Shown: positions 37,151 through 50,539 of the stretch, piece by piece
How the letters are laid out: each line of letters begins with the position of its first letter
Position numbering within the stretch: the stretch's first letter is position 1
DNA from: Camelus ferus
Taxonomy: Eukaryota
Assembly (NCBI RefSeq): GCF_009834535.1
Contig: NC_045697.1
Span: 19,346,001 to 19,410,000 of the forward strand
Reading direction: 5' to 3'
Length of the DNA: 64,000 bases
Notes under the pieces: model-generated
The model's database searches: none
Seen by the model: only the letters and a program-made list of their open reading frames with translations
Told to the model about the DNA's origin: nothing
Translations under genes and position numbers: made by a program

Positions 37151-38819
37151 TATCTGTTGTCAGCTTGCTGCATGTGTACCATCTCTAAGTCTCCTGTGCA
37201 TTGCAAAGGAGCCAGGAACTGCCATTCCTAGAGCATCCTTTCCTGTGTGGCTTTGGGTACAGTCTGCTAAGGAGAAGAGCTGGTGTGAGACTTTCCTCAC
37301 AGAAGAGGAGTGGCCACTATGTCCCAAAGGAGGGAGTAACAGGCAGATGGGTGGGCAGGAAGGTGTGAGGTTCAAAGTGGCTTTCATGTGGGTCTATGGA
37401 GAATCACCTGTCTCAGAGCTGCTGGCCCAGGGCCATAGTGAGAGTGTCCCAGACATCCTTAGGACATGCAGCGGTCTCAGGATGGGTGTGGAGCCTATTT
37501 GCATAGATGCAGCAGGTTCTGGTGGCTCCCCTGAAATCCGTTGTCCAGCCTTTCCGAAAGACTGTGGAGGCGCCCGAAGTGCCCTGCATTGGAATTACTG
37601 TTGCTGGAACATTCAAGGTAGCTTCTGTTTTCCTGACCAAATGTTGGCCAGCTGACACACTGTCTCGTAGGGTTGTTCTAAAAATTTCAGGGATTAAAAC
37701 AAGTGCTTGGATTAGTGCTTTCCACTGGGGAATCACCTTCCAAACAGTAAGTGCCTGCTGTTTACGTCCTCAGCTCAACCCCAAGAAAAGGCGGTGGGTA
37801 GGAAGTGTTTAAGAGAGTAAGTTCTAGAGTGAGTGTGACCAGGTTTGGAATGCCCAGTTCATTCAGAGAAGGGCTCAAGACACTGGACAGATGTACCTAC
37901 ACTGGGGACAGAAATACCACTTGCTTCATATGACTGTTAAGATCAAGAGAGTTAATAACACACACACCAGAAGTGTTTGCCACAGGCTAAGCCCTTATTG
38001 GTAAGAGTATGTACTGACAACTTGTCCAGAAGATTGGGTTCTTGGAGATTAGGGCTCCGTCCATCTTCCTGGAGTTGTCCGGGAGACTGGGGACTAGCTT
38101 TTGTAGACCATGCCTGGGTTTCCTGTAAGTTCAGCCACCATTGCTCCTGTGAGCTTCATCTGGCCTCCAGTCTTCCTTGGCCACCTGATCCTCTTTGCTG
38201 CCTCCCTGCTGTTGAGTGGCCTGTTTGGATTGCCTTCATGATCTGGCATTGCATGCCCCAAATTCAGGGTTCTGCTGGCCCCTGAACATCCCCCCGGGTC
38301 ATCTTTGGTACGCTAAGATTGGCCAGAGGACTGAGAAAGACTTTTTCTCTCCCATTGACCCATCACTGCCCCATGTAAATCCTTCAGGAGAAATAGTTGT
38401 ACTGAATAAAATGAGTGAAGTGAATCTTTTTCCTTCCTGGGCCTTGGGCCCCAGACCCAGATGAGCAACTCCAATGAGTCTGGCTGGACCATGAAGAAGA
38501 CGACTTTTTTCTTAAACTGGATCAGCTCCTGTGGGCCTGGCAATGAGGCAGGCCCAATGCAGACCACTTCAGAGTTTTGGATCATTGTAGTCCAATCTGG
38601 GGCAAAGGCAAGTACACTTTTTGCATCCTTCATAATGAATCTGCACAAAATGAATCACCACCAAGGCTGTTATAAAAAGATGACTGACTTTTGACTGATA
38701 AGATATTACACCAGTCTGAAGACTGAATGCAAACTTCAAAAAAGAAGTTTTGACAGTGACCTAGAATATCATCAGATCTCTTTCTAAAAGCAAAGATAGC
38801 CATTGACATTGTGGGACAC

Positions 38820-39005
38820 TGAGAATGATTCAGACATGGGTTAACATGCTGGCTTAATGACCTCAATGAGTCTGCAAACCTTTTGACACTTCAGATTTCT
38901 CATCTGTGAACATGCAGATGATTATATTTATCTTCTAGAATTGTGGTCCTCACTCAAAAGACAATATTTGTGAAAAAGCTGAGCATATAATATGTGTTGA
39001 ATAAA
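38820..39005 (+). mobile_element. MIR SINE
   Basis: CAGACATGGGTT..CTTCAGATTTCTCATCTGTGAACATGCAGATGATTAT. Confidence 0.55.
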
Positions 39006-40425
39006 TTTGATTTCCCCTTCTAGCCCAAGTATCCTCTTTGACAGTAATGGGGAATGTAGGTTTGATTTGAGGATTAACATATGTGAGTATATATGCTTAG
39101 AACAGATTGTGGAACATAAGAAATGCTACATGGGTGTTAGCTAAAATAAGCATTTCAGTTTCACCATGGAAAGAGATACACATTTGATGATAAGATGTAG
39201 ACAACTCATAATTACAAATTATAGAGGCTTAAGGATAAACCTTCCACCTTGACTTGGGTGATAACATCAATAATGGTGGGCATGTTTCTAAATTATATTT
39301 TTTCCCTAAAAATAGAGAATTGAGTAAATCCTCTTCAAAAGTGGAAACTTTACAATTAAATTGGAAGGATTTTAGCAAGTGCCACATTTCTGCCCAAAGG
39401 CTTCCTTTGAACCCGGTCAATGGTTTTAAAATTTCATGGGTAGCTGTGGAATTTACATCACGGTATAAAAATTCAAAATGGTGGCTGGGGCACAGATGAT
39501 TCTGTGCAAACCTCTGAATTTTTGTCATTTGCAATGGTGACATTTTTCAAGTGACATCCCTGTAAATACTGAATAATAATATGTCCCAGACAGAGCCCTC
39601 AGGGGACAGCAGAAGAGAATGAGGATGGAGCAGAATTAAAACTGACAAGAGTGAGAGACGGCATGTAAGATAAATAGTGAGCGCGGCCGTGTCAGATGAG
39701 CGCTGGCTGCAGAACTGCTCAGATGATGGCATGATTGATGGAATCATCCGTGGAGGAAATGTCCAGTAATGTAGCAGCCGATCAGTATTGAGAGATAAAT
39801 CATCCTGCAGCTGTATGCCACTACCTCAACACTAATGGGGTTGAAAAACAGCGCAGTTTTGCGGGAGGTCCCGAGATCATTGTTTTCTAACAACCTGTTC
39901 CCGTGACTTGGCAAGGAAGTCACATCACACGCAGGACAGCATTGCCATGCCACCGTTGTGAGGACTGGGAGAGCAATAGACCTTCACCATGGAATTGGAA
40001 TTTCAGCAGTTTTTGGGCTATTTGCCAGTCTAAAGTCAAGAGAGTCTCTTTTGGTTGCAAATAGAATTCATATCCCCATGCCAAACTGCCGCCTCGCTCT
40101 CCGGTCTTCCTCGTGAATTTTCACTGGTAATCCCCAGAGGAACATCCTGGCTGTCAGCCCAGAGCACGTCTTCAGGGACATCGGGGAAAACTGTTTTTAA
40201 CGAATGCTGACTGTGACCTAACTTGAGCTAGCAATGATATAGGGAGGAGAAAGAGGGAGAAAGGACACTCATTTATTGTGTGCCTACTGTGCGTGTGGTT
40301 ATAATAAAAGAGAACAGTGCTTAACTCATATTAACGTCAGGAATCCCAAAGGATGCAGTCATTGAGTCAATAATGAACTGAATCTGTGAAGATGCATTAA
40401 GTAAAGGCAAAAAGAACTATCTTCT

Positions 40426-40900
40426 TGTTACTGAATGCAAGTCTGTGTTCCCAGTGTACCGTGAGGCCAAAGAAACTGAAATGTTGGAGTCTGGAGCAAA
40501 GAAAGGTTTACTGCAGGGCCGAGCAAGGAGGGTGGGGTGGCTCGTGCCCAAGAGAACCCCAAACTCCCTGAAGAGTTTCAGCAAAGCCTATTTAAAGGTC
40601 AGGTAAGGGATGGGGGTCGCAAGAGTATGTGATCAGCTCATGCATTTTTCCCTGATTGGTTGGGGTAATAGGGCAGTCAACACCATCAACCCCTAAATGC
40701 CAGAAGGTCTGAGGGTCTCATGTTTATGACCATCAAGTAGTTAATTTCTTCCATTTGGTGGTGGTTTTTAGCATCTGAAAGACTCAGAAAACCTACGTGA
40801 GATACTATTATCTGGGTACTTCAGAGAGGAGCTACAGTGGAGGATGTGGGAAGCGGGGAGTCTGTCCTGGCAAGGCCCCACGGGATCCTGCTCAGTTAAA
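40426..40900 (-). mobile_element. ERV1-like solo LTR with 4-bp TSD
   Basis: Edges TGTTACTGAA ... CTCAGTTAAA (imperfect inverted ends); TTCT on both sides (40422-40425, 40901-40904). CCAAT and a degenerate poly(A) signal (AGTAAA) read on the minus strand. Confidence 0.8.
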
Positions 40901-42084
40901 TTCTGAGCATATGAATTCTCAGCTGGTGACTGTCCTCAAGTAGGGACTGGGAGAGCATTTGTCCACCTTGGAGAAGACATCATCAGACAAGAGGAATCTT
41001 GAGATGTTTTAAAGCCTGTGATTCTATGCGTTGTGGGATATTCTTACATCACTTTTTGTTCACAAACGTTTAAGAGTAAATGCTGCTCTGAGACATAGAG
41101 GTGATCTTAATGACACCTTGTTTCGTATTTTAATCTGAGTGACTGTGTTAGATTAGCCAAAAAACCTGATCTGATAGGATTTGAAAAAGTTAAAGATGGT
41201 GGTTCTGGAACTTACTTTTTCACAACATATTCCTCTAGATTTGCATAGCATTTTTGCCATTTGAAATGCTCTTTATATCTAAGAATGTGACAGGTGCATA
41301 GTAGGTATGTATGTGTGTTATATATAGCATATAGATATTTTATATATAAATATGTAAATATTTTATATACCTATATATACAAATTATAAGGATGGATTTG
41401 TAAAATAAAATCCATTTATATATAAATCCATATATAAAAAACATAAGGCTGGATAAATGTAAGATTATATACACACACACACAAATTTAACAAAAGAGAA
41501 CAAGCTTACCTTCTCATGACCCTGAGAAGTATGTTGTCTGTCCATTTTATAGATGAGGTCATTAAAGTTCAAGAAAAGCAAGTCTTTGTATTGGGGATAT
41601 GCTCCCCTCAACCTATTTTTTTTTTTTAACTTGCAATTTTTCCAAAGAAGTGATTTTTCATGTGGTGCATGCTCCTTCATTCCTTCTACAATCTTACCCA
41701 AGATACAAAGGCACTTAATGGCAACAAAGGTCTTTTTCAGCTTAAATACTTCGAAGTCAGCAGTCTGTCTAATCGCTAAAGTAACCCAGCTAAATATAAT
41801 TCTGAACTATATCTTTCCAAAGCAGACTCTAAATTTTCTGCCAGTTTCTGAATAGAACTTTTTCCGTACTGGGCTAAGTTTACCCAGGCACTGAGGCAAA
41901 GAACTCTGATGCTTAATTTAGAGGAGTGGCTTATGTTTAGATTAGATCATTGTAATTGTTGGGTATCTACCAGGATTTCAACTTGCTGTTATCTTTGTGG
42001 ACAGAGATTTGCAGGGAGCTCCCTATACCTTTGTAGCATCTTTAGACCCATTTTAATCCTAAAAAGATGTTAAATTCACTCTTA

Positions 42085-42260
42085 GTGTATTAAAGCTGGA
42101 AGGTAATCCTTAGAGATAATCTAGTCTTACAACTTTATTCTACAGAAGTGGAAAAAGTGGTCTAAAGATTTTTTTTTTTAAATTGTCAAAGCTCACACAA
42201 AAGATCGAAGGTCAAGTCTAGCCATTAACAGATGATCTGAAACTCAGACTTAGGTCTGGT
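42085..42260 (-). mobile_element. MIR SINE
   Basis: AGCTGGAAGG..CTTAGAGATAATCTAGTC..TATTCTACAGAAGTGGAAA. Confidence 0.55.
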
Positions 42261-42274
42261 TCCTGGCCTCATGC

Positions 42275-42389
42275 TAGAGTGGCCAACTTATTCCTGCTTG
42301 CCCAGGACTTTCCCAGTTTTAAAATGGAAAAGTCTTGTGTACTAGAACCCCCCATAGTCCTGGGCTAGCCAGGATGACTGGTCACCCTA
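42275..42389. mobile_element. MER81-like hAT (Blackjack) MITE
   Basis: TIRs TAGAGTGGCCA / TGGTCACCCTA, 115 bp; 8-bp flanks CCTCATGC / CCCTGTGC. Confidence 0.8.
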
Positions 42390-43699
42390 CCCTGTGCCCT
42401 CTCCAAGGTGTCAGTTACTTATTTCACTGGCGTAAATGCAAAACTGACAGACCTGGGTGGGGGTCACACATTGCAGTTACTGACAGTATGGATAGAACCA
42501 GGACACACGATCCCAGGTGTTCTGTTTGAACTCTCTGGCATGGAGCAAATGCTCAACAAACATTTGTTGAGTCAGTGAATAGGTGGATGCAAGCCCCTTG
42601 AAGCAGGAGCATCACTAGTTCATTTCCCTCATTGCTACTCTAATTCCCATCAAGAGGGTATCAACAACTTTCTGCTTTTTAACCTGCCCAGCTTCTGATC
42701 CTGAGTTACTGGGTTTTGATCTTGAGCTACTAAACCGTATGCCACCTGCGGGGCTGCTGTTCTGCAGATGGCCTTCCCCTCGGTGTTCTTTTCGCAGTGT
42801 TGTTGAATCATCTTGCTGATATTTCAGGGAAAGGGGCAAAAAGAAGGGAAAGGAAAGCGATCATAATGAGAAGTGACAGGAAGGCAGCTCCCTCACAGGG
42901 GTTGTCAGGGAAAGAACTGTTGAATAATTCAAATAACAGATTTCCTTATTTCTCAGCCATTTCCCATCCCAGCTTTGGAAACGTCTGTGGAATAGTTCTA
43001 GACTAGGAACGATCCAAGACCTGACGTCACTGCCGTCCGGGGACGGATCAGTTGAAGGGACAGGTCCCTTCAGGTGACTTGGGGAAATCACAGTGGTTTG
43101 AGGTCACTACCAGAATTTTCTGCGTTGGCAGACCCTGGTTGCTTCTTCCTCACCCCGGGAAAATGTGAACGGAGCTCGCACCCCTTAGGTCTCTCGGAGC
43201 AAAAGGTACTGATCTCTCTTGGGTAGATCAGCAATTTTTATGGCTGCTTCAGCATTTCCACTGTCTGTTCTTTGTTCTTTACCATCATGCCTAAGCATGG
43301 ATAGAGGTAGGAACTGGTGGTGAAACTCACATAGGTTATGAGTCCAGGTTAAAGTAAGTTGGCTCCTTTTAAGGAATTTCTGCAAAAGTTTAGAGGTCAT
43401 AAATGGTGCAAGTTATATTTCTGGAAAATCTGTGAAATCCGTTTATCCATATTGTCCCCAGCCTTGTTATCACAGGTCACCGAGGGTTGGCTAGGCTTGT
43501 TTCTTATCTGCCCCAAGAAGACTCGGGAGGATTTCTTATCTCTTCCCGCTAAATCCTTGACCATATATGTATCAATTTGCCAAGCAGCCTCACGTACGCT
43601 TGGAGACATCCCTGAGAGATGGTCCTGTCATAAGTGTGTTCCAGAAGTTCTTACTCTTACAAATACCACCTCACATTTGATAAGCTTTTACCTTTTTTT

Positions 43700-43880
43700 C
43701 AGGGTAATTCCACAGGTATTATATTTTTATCCACAAAACTCTTCAAGGGAAGGAAAAGTGGTATTAATAGCCCCATCTTCGACAGATAAGAAAACTGAGC
43801 AACAGAGAAATGAAGTGATTTTTCAGAACTTATTCATGTCAGAGCTGGTCCTAGAATCCAGGTCTTGCATCACCTAGCCC
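43700..43880 (-). mobile_element. MIR SINE
   Basis: CCCCATCTTCGACAGATAAGAAAACTGAGCAACAGAGAAATGAAGTGATTT..CTAGAATCCAGGTCT. Confidence 0.75.
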
Positions 43881-44369
43881 CATTTACCAAGTCTTATCTG
43901 AGGACCAGGAATTTAAAGTCACCTTTCCCCTTGTGCCTGCAAACTCTTCTCATGTTACTAATTGAATGGCAACCATTTGATAAGACAGATCTGAAGAAAA
44001 TTCTTGCTTTGTTGAAAATTCTTACGGGAAACAGTCCATCAAACTTAAACAAATGCCAGCTTTTTTTAAAATCTGAAAAATAAAGGATGACTCATGCTGA
44101 AGGGGAGTTTGTGTTTGTTAAGCAGTTTTTAGATGCTGGTCACTGTGACAAGTGCTTCCTGTCCTTTACCTGCAATGATGCTTGTGACGTGTTTGTGCTA
44201 CTGTCTGCTGCATTTTAAGATAGATACAGGCACAGAGGGGTTGCTTAGGACAGTGTAAATGACAAGGCTCTGTAAGTCACTTAGTTTGAGTACAAGTCCA
44301 TCCTTATACAAATACATATATACTCAACCGATAAGACAACTCAGTTTAAATAAAATTCAATAGATATTA

Positions 44370-45240
44370 GCTGAGATTCACTCATTGTGCTGAACAATGA
44401 ATGAAACCTAACCCCCCGCTCAAGGAGTTTGTGGTCCAATGAGTGAAACAGAACACTTATTAAAATATGGACAAAGAGACAATGGGCTGGCATACCTGTG
44501 GTAGCAACAGTCCACAAGAAGGTAGACTTCACAAGGGCAGGAACCATGATTATATTATTTACGGCCATGTCCTCAGAACTAAGTTGTTTCTTAGATTTGG
44601 TGAATGAAAAAAAAAAATGAACAAATGACCAAATCACTCTTCTAGGGAGTCACGTTAGAAAGAACTGTTCTAAAAAGGGTGGGGCAAGTTTTAGAGGAAA
44701 TGATGGTTGAATTTCATATTAAGGGTGAGGGATATATCAATGTATAAAGTTGGGAGTTCCCGGCAGAGAAAAGAGCTGACAAGAGGAGTATTTGTGAGAG
44801 CAGGGAGCATTTGGGGATTCAGAAGCTGACAAAATCAGGCCTTGGAGTGAGCTATAGAGGGCTGGAAGGGATGGGGGGAGAGATAGGAAGTACCAAGCTA
44901 AGGCTTTAGATTATCTTGTGCTTCAGGGAGCCGTCATATATTTCTAAGTAATAGCGCAGGCTCCAATTTGTGCTTTGGTAAAACCATCTCTTGTGTCTCT
45001 GTGGAGGAGAGTTTGGAGGTGGGGAAGGCCTGGGGTCAAGCCAACCACTTACCTACTTAAGAGGTAATGAGATCCTTAACTGCCTTTTCAGCAGGAATCT
45101 GGGTGGGAGGCATGGGAGTAGATTGCAAAATCATTAGAGGTTGAATGGGGAGAGTCTGTTGACTCACTAGATGTGGGAGGGGAGGAGAGGGCGGAAGGTA
45201 AAGATGACTCAGATTTCTAGGCAGGCACTTGGGTGAATAT
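44370..45240 (-). mobile_element. Degraded L2 fragments (includes an opposite-strand L2 tail at ~44500-44625)
   Basis: CTCAAGGAGTTTGTGGTC..; GGTAAAGATGACTCAGATTTCTAGG..GGGTGAAT; internal CACAAGGGCAGGAACCATG..TGAATGAA. Confidence 0.5.
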
Positions 45241-45964
45241 ATCCAAATTGCACATTTACATAGTCTGTGGGTTTCTGAAAAACCCAATGATTTTAAACTC
45301 TGCTAACTGGATGGAAAACTCTTAAATTAGAAATGCAATTTCAATCCCAAATTCATGAGTGCTCCCTCTAGCAGCTTTACTGCCTTTGGTTTCTATCAGC
45401 ATATATTAAAAAAGGGTCAAGATGATGCCTCTTTTCATTTTCTGAAGAAACCAGGGATGATAGTACTTTTTGTTTTGACATTTGCACAGTTCAGGCACGC
45501 CTCATAACCAGCTTTTCGGGCTTCACTAAGTAATGCAGTGACCAGAAGCTCCAAATGGGATTTAGAAATTTCCAAATGATACCCAATTAAAAAGTGTTCT
45601 AGGCAAAGAAGCAGCAAACCTTGCTTCGAAATGTACTCACAGTTCCGTTTCCCTAAGATAGGGAGGGAGCTTGGCAACCCCTGGCTGATGTTAACACTAA
45701 AAGCATTTGACTGCAGCTGTAATTATGGACAAGCAAACTATGAACCAGAATTAGGATTATTGGCAATTACCTCATATGACTCAGGGCATAATAGGTTCAT
45801 GGGTGTCTCAACCATTTTGTTTGAGGCACACATAGAGTGCCAAACTTAGAAAATTCAGTGCAGAATAGACTGAGGAAGAAATTGCCTACGGGAGTGACTT
45901 GAAAATATAAAATTAGTTGTCCACTGTGGTTTTTGTCATTAAGATTGTAGTGAGTAAGTGAGAA

Positions 45965-46110
45965 GCTCAGAATCATAAGACTTTAAGTTAGGATGAACTT
46001 TAGAGTAATTTAATTTCATCATTTTACTGAGGAAACTGAGGCTCAGAGAAGGTAAGAGGCTTGCGCCTGGTTATGTAACTTGGCAGTAATAAAACTAGAA
46101 GGAAGGACTA
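45965..46110 (-). mobile_element. MIR SINE
   Basis: CATTTTACTGAGGAAACTGAGGCTCAGAGAAGGTAAGAGGCTTGC. Confidence 0.75.
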
Positions 46111-46112
46111 AG

Positions 46113-46827
46113 TGTTGCCGAAACATGGTCTCCACACCCCACTTACCGAAATGAGACTTGAGGACAGAGTTTTAGATGAAGTATAAAAGGCAGCTTTATC
46201 TCTTTGCCAGACAAAGGAGGTCACAGTTCATTAATGCCTCCACAACTGCGAGCCTGCTGGGGTGAGAAGGCGGGGGTTTTATGGTAAAAAATCAGGAGTT
46301 CAAGGAGCAGAGCTATTTTCCATAGAGACTGCATACAGGGTAACAAATTATTTGCAAAGTTGTTCCTGTTTTTGTAGATGCAATTGTGCCCTTCCTTTTG
46401 CTGTGTGTGAAGATCACCTCTGGCTTTTAGACTCTTCTGATATTCTTGTGCCTGGAATAAAAGGTGCTTAGGAAGGGAGTGTGTGGGAAAATGCTCTAGA
46501 GAAAAACTTGTGTAGTTTAAAGTCAGGCTGATAAAGGCTTCTAGCATTCTAGGCAGGCTGAAACCTGAGACCTTGTTGCAGGCTGAGACCTGCACCTTGA
46601 ACAACAGAATACAAAGAAACCATAAAGGGCTAAAAACAACTGCAGTTGGGATGATTTATGAACAACAAGATGCACAAAACACCCACCTGCAGTTTCTGAG
46701 GTGCTGGGGTCAAGAGGAGGGCACTGGGGGCAAAAAAGGGCACTGAGCATGGTCCTGGCACACAGCACCACAAGGGGGTTGAGTGGCACCCAAGTCACCC
46801 TCCTCTCCAGCCCAACCCTGGTCAACA
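46113..46827. mobile_element. ERV LTR-derived sequence, possibly two LTR pieces
   Basis: TGTTGCCGAA.. start and ..GGTCAACA end; a second TGTTGCAGG start at ~46574; no clean TSD. Confidence 0.55.
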
Positions 46828-47713
46828 AGAGCATGAGAAGAAACTTTAAAACTATTATACAGTTAAGCAGTTACACAAACACCATTATAAATACCAGATG
46901 GTTGCTGATGAAAATAGGGTCCTGCTCGGTTACAAAGGCATTCCAGATTGATGGTACAAACTTCAACCAAAATGGTGTATCCAGTTTTATAAAGTGTATT
47001 TTAATGCATATGTGTTCATGACTATTGCTGGCATGGTTTTGTTGCTTGTCTGTTCATTTTTCTTTTTTAATTGTGGTAAAGAACACCCAGCATGAGATCT
47101 ACCCTCTTATCAAAATCTTTAAATATATAGAATTGTTAAATATATGAAGATTATTGTATAGCAGATCTCTAGAACTTTTTCATTTTGCATGACTAAAACT
47201 CTATACCCATTGAACACCAGCTTCCCAGTCCCCACCTCCCTCTAGCCCCTTGTGACCACCATTCTACTTTCTGCTTCTATGAATTTGACTACTTTAGATG
47301 CTTCATGTAAGTAGAATCATGTAGTATTTGTCCTTCTATGGCTGACTTATTGCACTTAGCATGATGTCCTCAAGGTGCATCCATGTTGTAACTTGTGTCA
47401 GAATTTCGTTCCTTTTTCAGACTGAATAATATTCTATCGTATGTATACACACTCTATCCATTCAACTGTCAATGGACATTTAGGTTGTTTCTAATTCTTG
47501 GCTATTGTAATTAATGCTGTACTGAACCCAGGAGTGTGAATGCTTCTTCTAGATCCTGCTTTCAATTCTTTTAGATAAATACCGAGAAGTGGATTGCTGG
47601 ATCATTTATTTTTAATTTTTTTGAGAAACATCCATTCCATTTTCCATAGATACTGCACCATTTTAGTATTCTCACTAACAGTGCATCAGGGTTCCAATTT
47701 CTTCACATACTTG

Positions 47714-47718
<5 letters not shown>

Positions 47719-47762
<44 letters not shown>
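47719..47762. repeat. (TG)22 microsatellite
   Basis: Direct reading. Confidence 0.97.
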
Positions 47763-47766
<4 letters not shown>

Positions 47767-48322
47767 AAATGGCCATGTTAGCAGATGTGAAGTGATATCT
47801 CATTGTGGTTTTGATTTGTATTTCCCTGGTGATTAGTGATGTTGAGCAGCTTTACATGTTTACATGTACCAGTTGGCCATTTTTACATCTTCTTGAAAGA
47901 AATGTCTATTCAAGCCCTTTGCCCATTTTTTAATTGGCTTATTTGATTTTTTTCTTTTTTCTTTTTTTTTTTTTTGCTATTGAATGTAAGTGTTCCTTAT
48001 AAATTTTGGAGATGAACCCGTTATCAGATATATTGTTTGCAAATGTTTTCACCTGTTCCACAGGTTGCCTTTTTACTCTGTTGATTGTTTCCTTGGCTGC
48101 ACAGAGGTTTTTAGTTTGATGTAGTCCCAATTATCCATATTTGTTTTTTTCTGCCTATGCTTTTGGTATTATGTCCAAGAAATCATTGTCAAGGCCTATG
48201 TTATGAAGCTTTCTTCTGTGTTTTCTTCTAAGGATTTTGTAGTTTCAGGTCTTATGTTTCAATGTTTAATCATTTTGAGTTGATTTTTGTATATGGTGTA
48301 AGATGAAGGTCCAATTTCTTTA

Positions 48323-48453
<131 letters not shown>

Positions 48454-49659
48454 GCATGTGGATATCCAGTTTTGTCAACATCAGTTGTTGAAGAGACTGT
48501 CATTTCCCATTGTATATTCTTGGCACCCTTGTCAAAGGTCAGTTGACTGTATATGTGTGGGTTTATTTCTGGACCCTATTCTATTTCATTGGTCTATACA
48601 TTTGTCTTTATGCCAGTACCATACTTTTTTTGATTACTATAGCTTTTTGTCTTTGTATCTAGTTACTTTGATAAATTTATTAGTTCTAAAGTTTTTTTTT
48701 GTGTGTGTAATCTTTAGATTTCTGCATTTGAGATCATGTTGTCTGTGAACATGGACAATTTTACTTTTTCTTTTCTGATTAGGATGACTTTTATTTCCTT
48801 TTCTTGCCTTATTTCTCTATGATTTCCAGAACTATTCTGAATACAAGTTATGAGAGTGGATGTCTATGCCTGTTCTTGATCTTAGATGAAAAGCTTTAAA
48901 TCTTTCACCATCGAGTATTGATATTAGCTGTGGGATTCTCATATATGGCCTTTATTATGTTGAGATACATTCCTTTTTACCCAATTTTTGAGGGTTTTTT
49001 TTTAAATATATGTAATCATGAAAGTATGTTGGATTTTTCTCATATGCTTTTTTTTTGCATTTATTGAGATGATCATATGATTTTTATCCTTCAGTATGTT
49101 AATGTGGTGTATCACATTGATTTTTGTATGAAACATCTGTGCATCTCAGGGATAAATCCCCCTTGGTCATGATGTAGAAACCTTTTAATGCATTGTTGAA
49201 TTTAGTTTGCTAGATTTTTATTGAAAATTTTTTCGCCTAAATTCAGAGTTAGGTTTTAAAAAAATCCATACTTAACGATCTATTTCTCTTGATAAGAGAG
49301 TTTAATCCATTTACATTTAAAGCAGTTACTGATAGGGAAGGACTTACTGTTGCCATTTTGTTATTTATTTTCTGGCTTCTTGTAACTCTCTTGTCACTCT
49401 TTTCCTCTTTTGCCATTTCTTTTGTGTTTTGTTGATTTTTTTTTTTTTATAGTGGCATGCTTCTCTGATTCCTTTCTTATTTTCTTTCCTGTCTTCTGTA
49501 GGTGTTTTATTTGTGGTTACCATGTGGTTTACATAAGACTTCTTATGGTTATAACAATCTATTTTAAGCTGATAATGACTTCAATGGCTTACAAAAGCTT
49601 TACTCATCTACTCCCTCTCCCACCACTCTAGAAAGATTATCTGCTGAATGACTTTTGCT

Positions 49660-50400
49660 CAAAACCTCACCATTACCACTCTTATCTGATCCATTATCTT
49701 TCTCCTGGGATATTGCCACAGCCTCTTAGGGTCTCCCTGCTCTCTTCTATGCTCTGCTCTCCCCATTGGCCTCCTCCCCTTGCCCAGTTGTTCTCTACAC
49801 AGTTGCCAGAGGGGTCCATTTAATGCTGAACCAGTTATGTCATTCATTTTCTTATAACCTACCAGTGGATTTCTATCTCAAAGTAAAAAAAAGCCAAAGT
49901 CTTTTCAATGCTTCTAAATCTCTGTAATCAGCCCCCTCTTCACCTCTGCAATCACTCAGTTCCAGCTATATGGGTTGTTTTGCTGTTCCGTGACCACACC
50001 AAATGTGCTCCCTCCTCAGAGCCTTCGTACTTGCTGTTTCCTCTCCCCAGGAATGCTCTTTTCTGATCCATATGGCTGACTTTCTCACTTCCTTCTGGTC
50101 TTTGCTCAAATATTAGCTTTTCTGGCTACTCTGTATAAAACAGCAATTCTCTATCCCTCCTACACAGCTTTAGTTTTCTCCATAGCAATTATCATTGGTT
50201 AGTTTAACACATATTATTGTTCTCCAGTCTAACATATTACTGTTATGTTATTGTTATATTATTTGGTTATCTCCCACAGCTAGAATGTAAACTCCACGAG
50301 GGCTAGAATTTTGTTGATGACATCCATTACTGTATCTCCAGTGTATAGAACAGTGCCTTGCTGCCAATAAGCATGCAATCACTCAATAAATAAAAGAATA
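49660..50400 (+). mobile_element. L2 LINE 3' portion
   Basis: GCCTTCGTACTTGCTGTTCCTCTCCCCAGGAATGCTCTT..TAGAATGTAAACTCCACGAGGGC..ACTGTATCTCCAGTG..CTCAATAAAT. Confidence 0.85.
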
Positions 50401-50539
50401 AAAGTATTAACCTAAGGATGCAGTTGGATATAAACTGAGTTGCACTCAGGGGAAAGTAGCCAGATGAGAGAATTCCAAACTATAAGATATTATTGTTGAT
50501 TCTAATTGTAGTTGATTTTCCCCTCACAGCTTATATGTG

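Noticed and set aside
41300..41480. AT-rich stretch with ATGGATTT/AAATCCAT inverted repeat
   Set aside because: Low-complexity TA-rich sequence produces such symmetry by chance.
43359..43877. 172-aa ORF
   Set aside because: Non-ATG start, runs into an antisense MIR, no recognisable domain.
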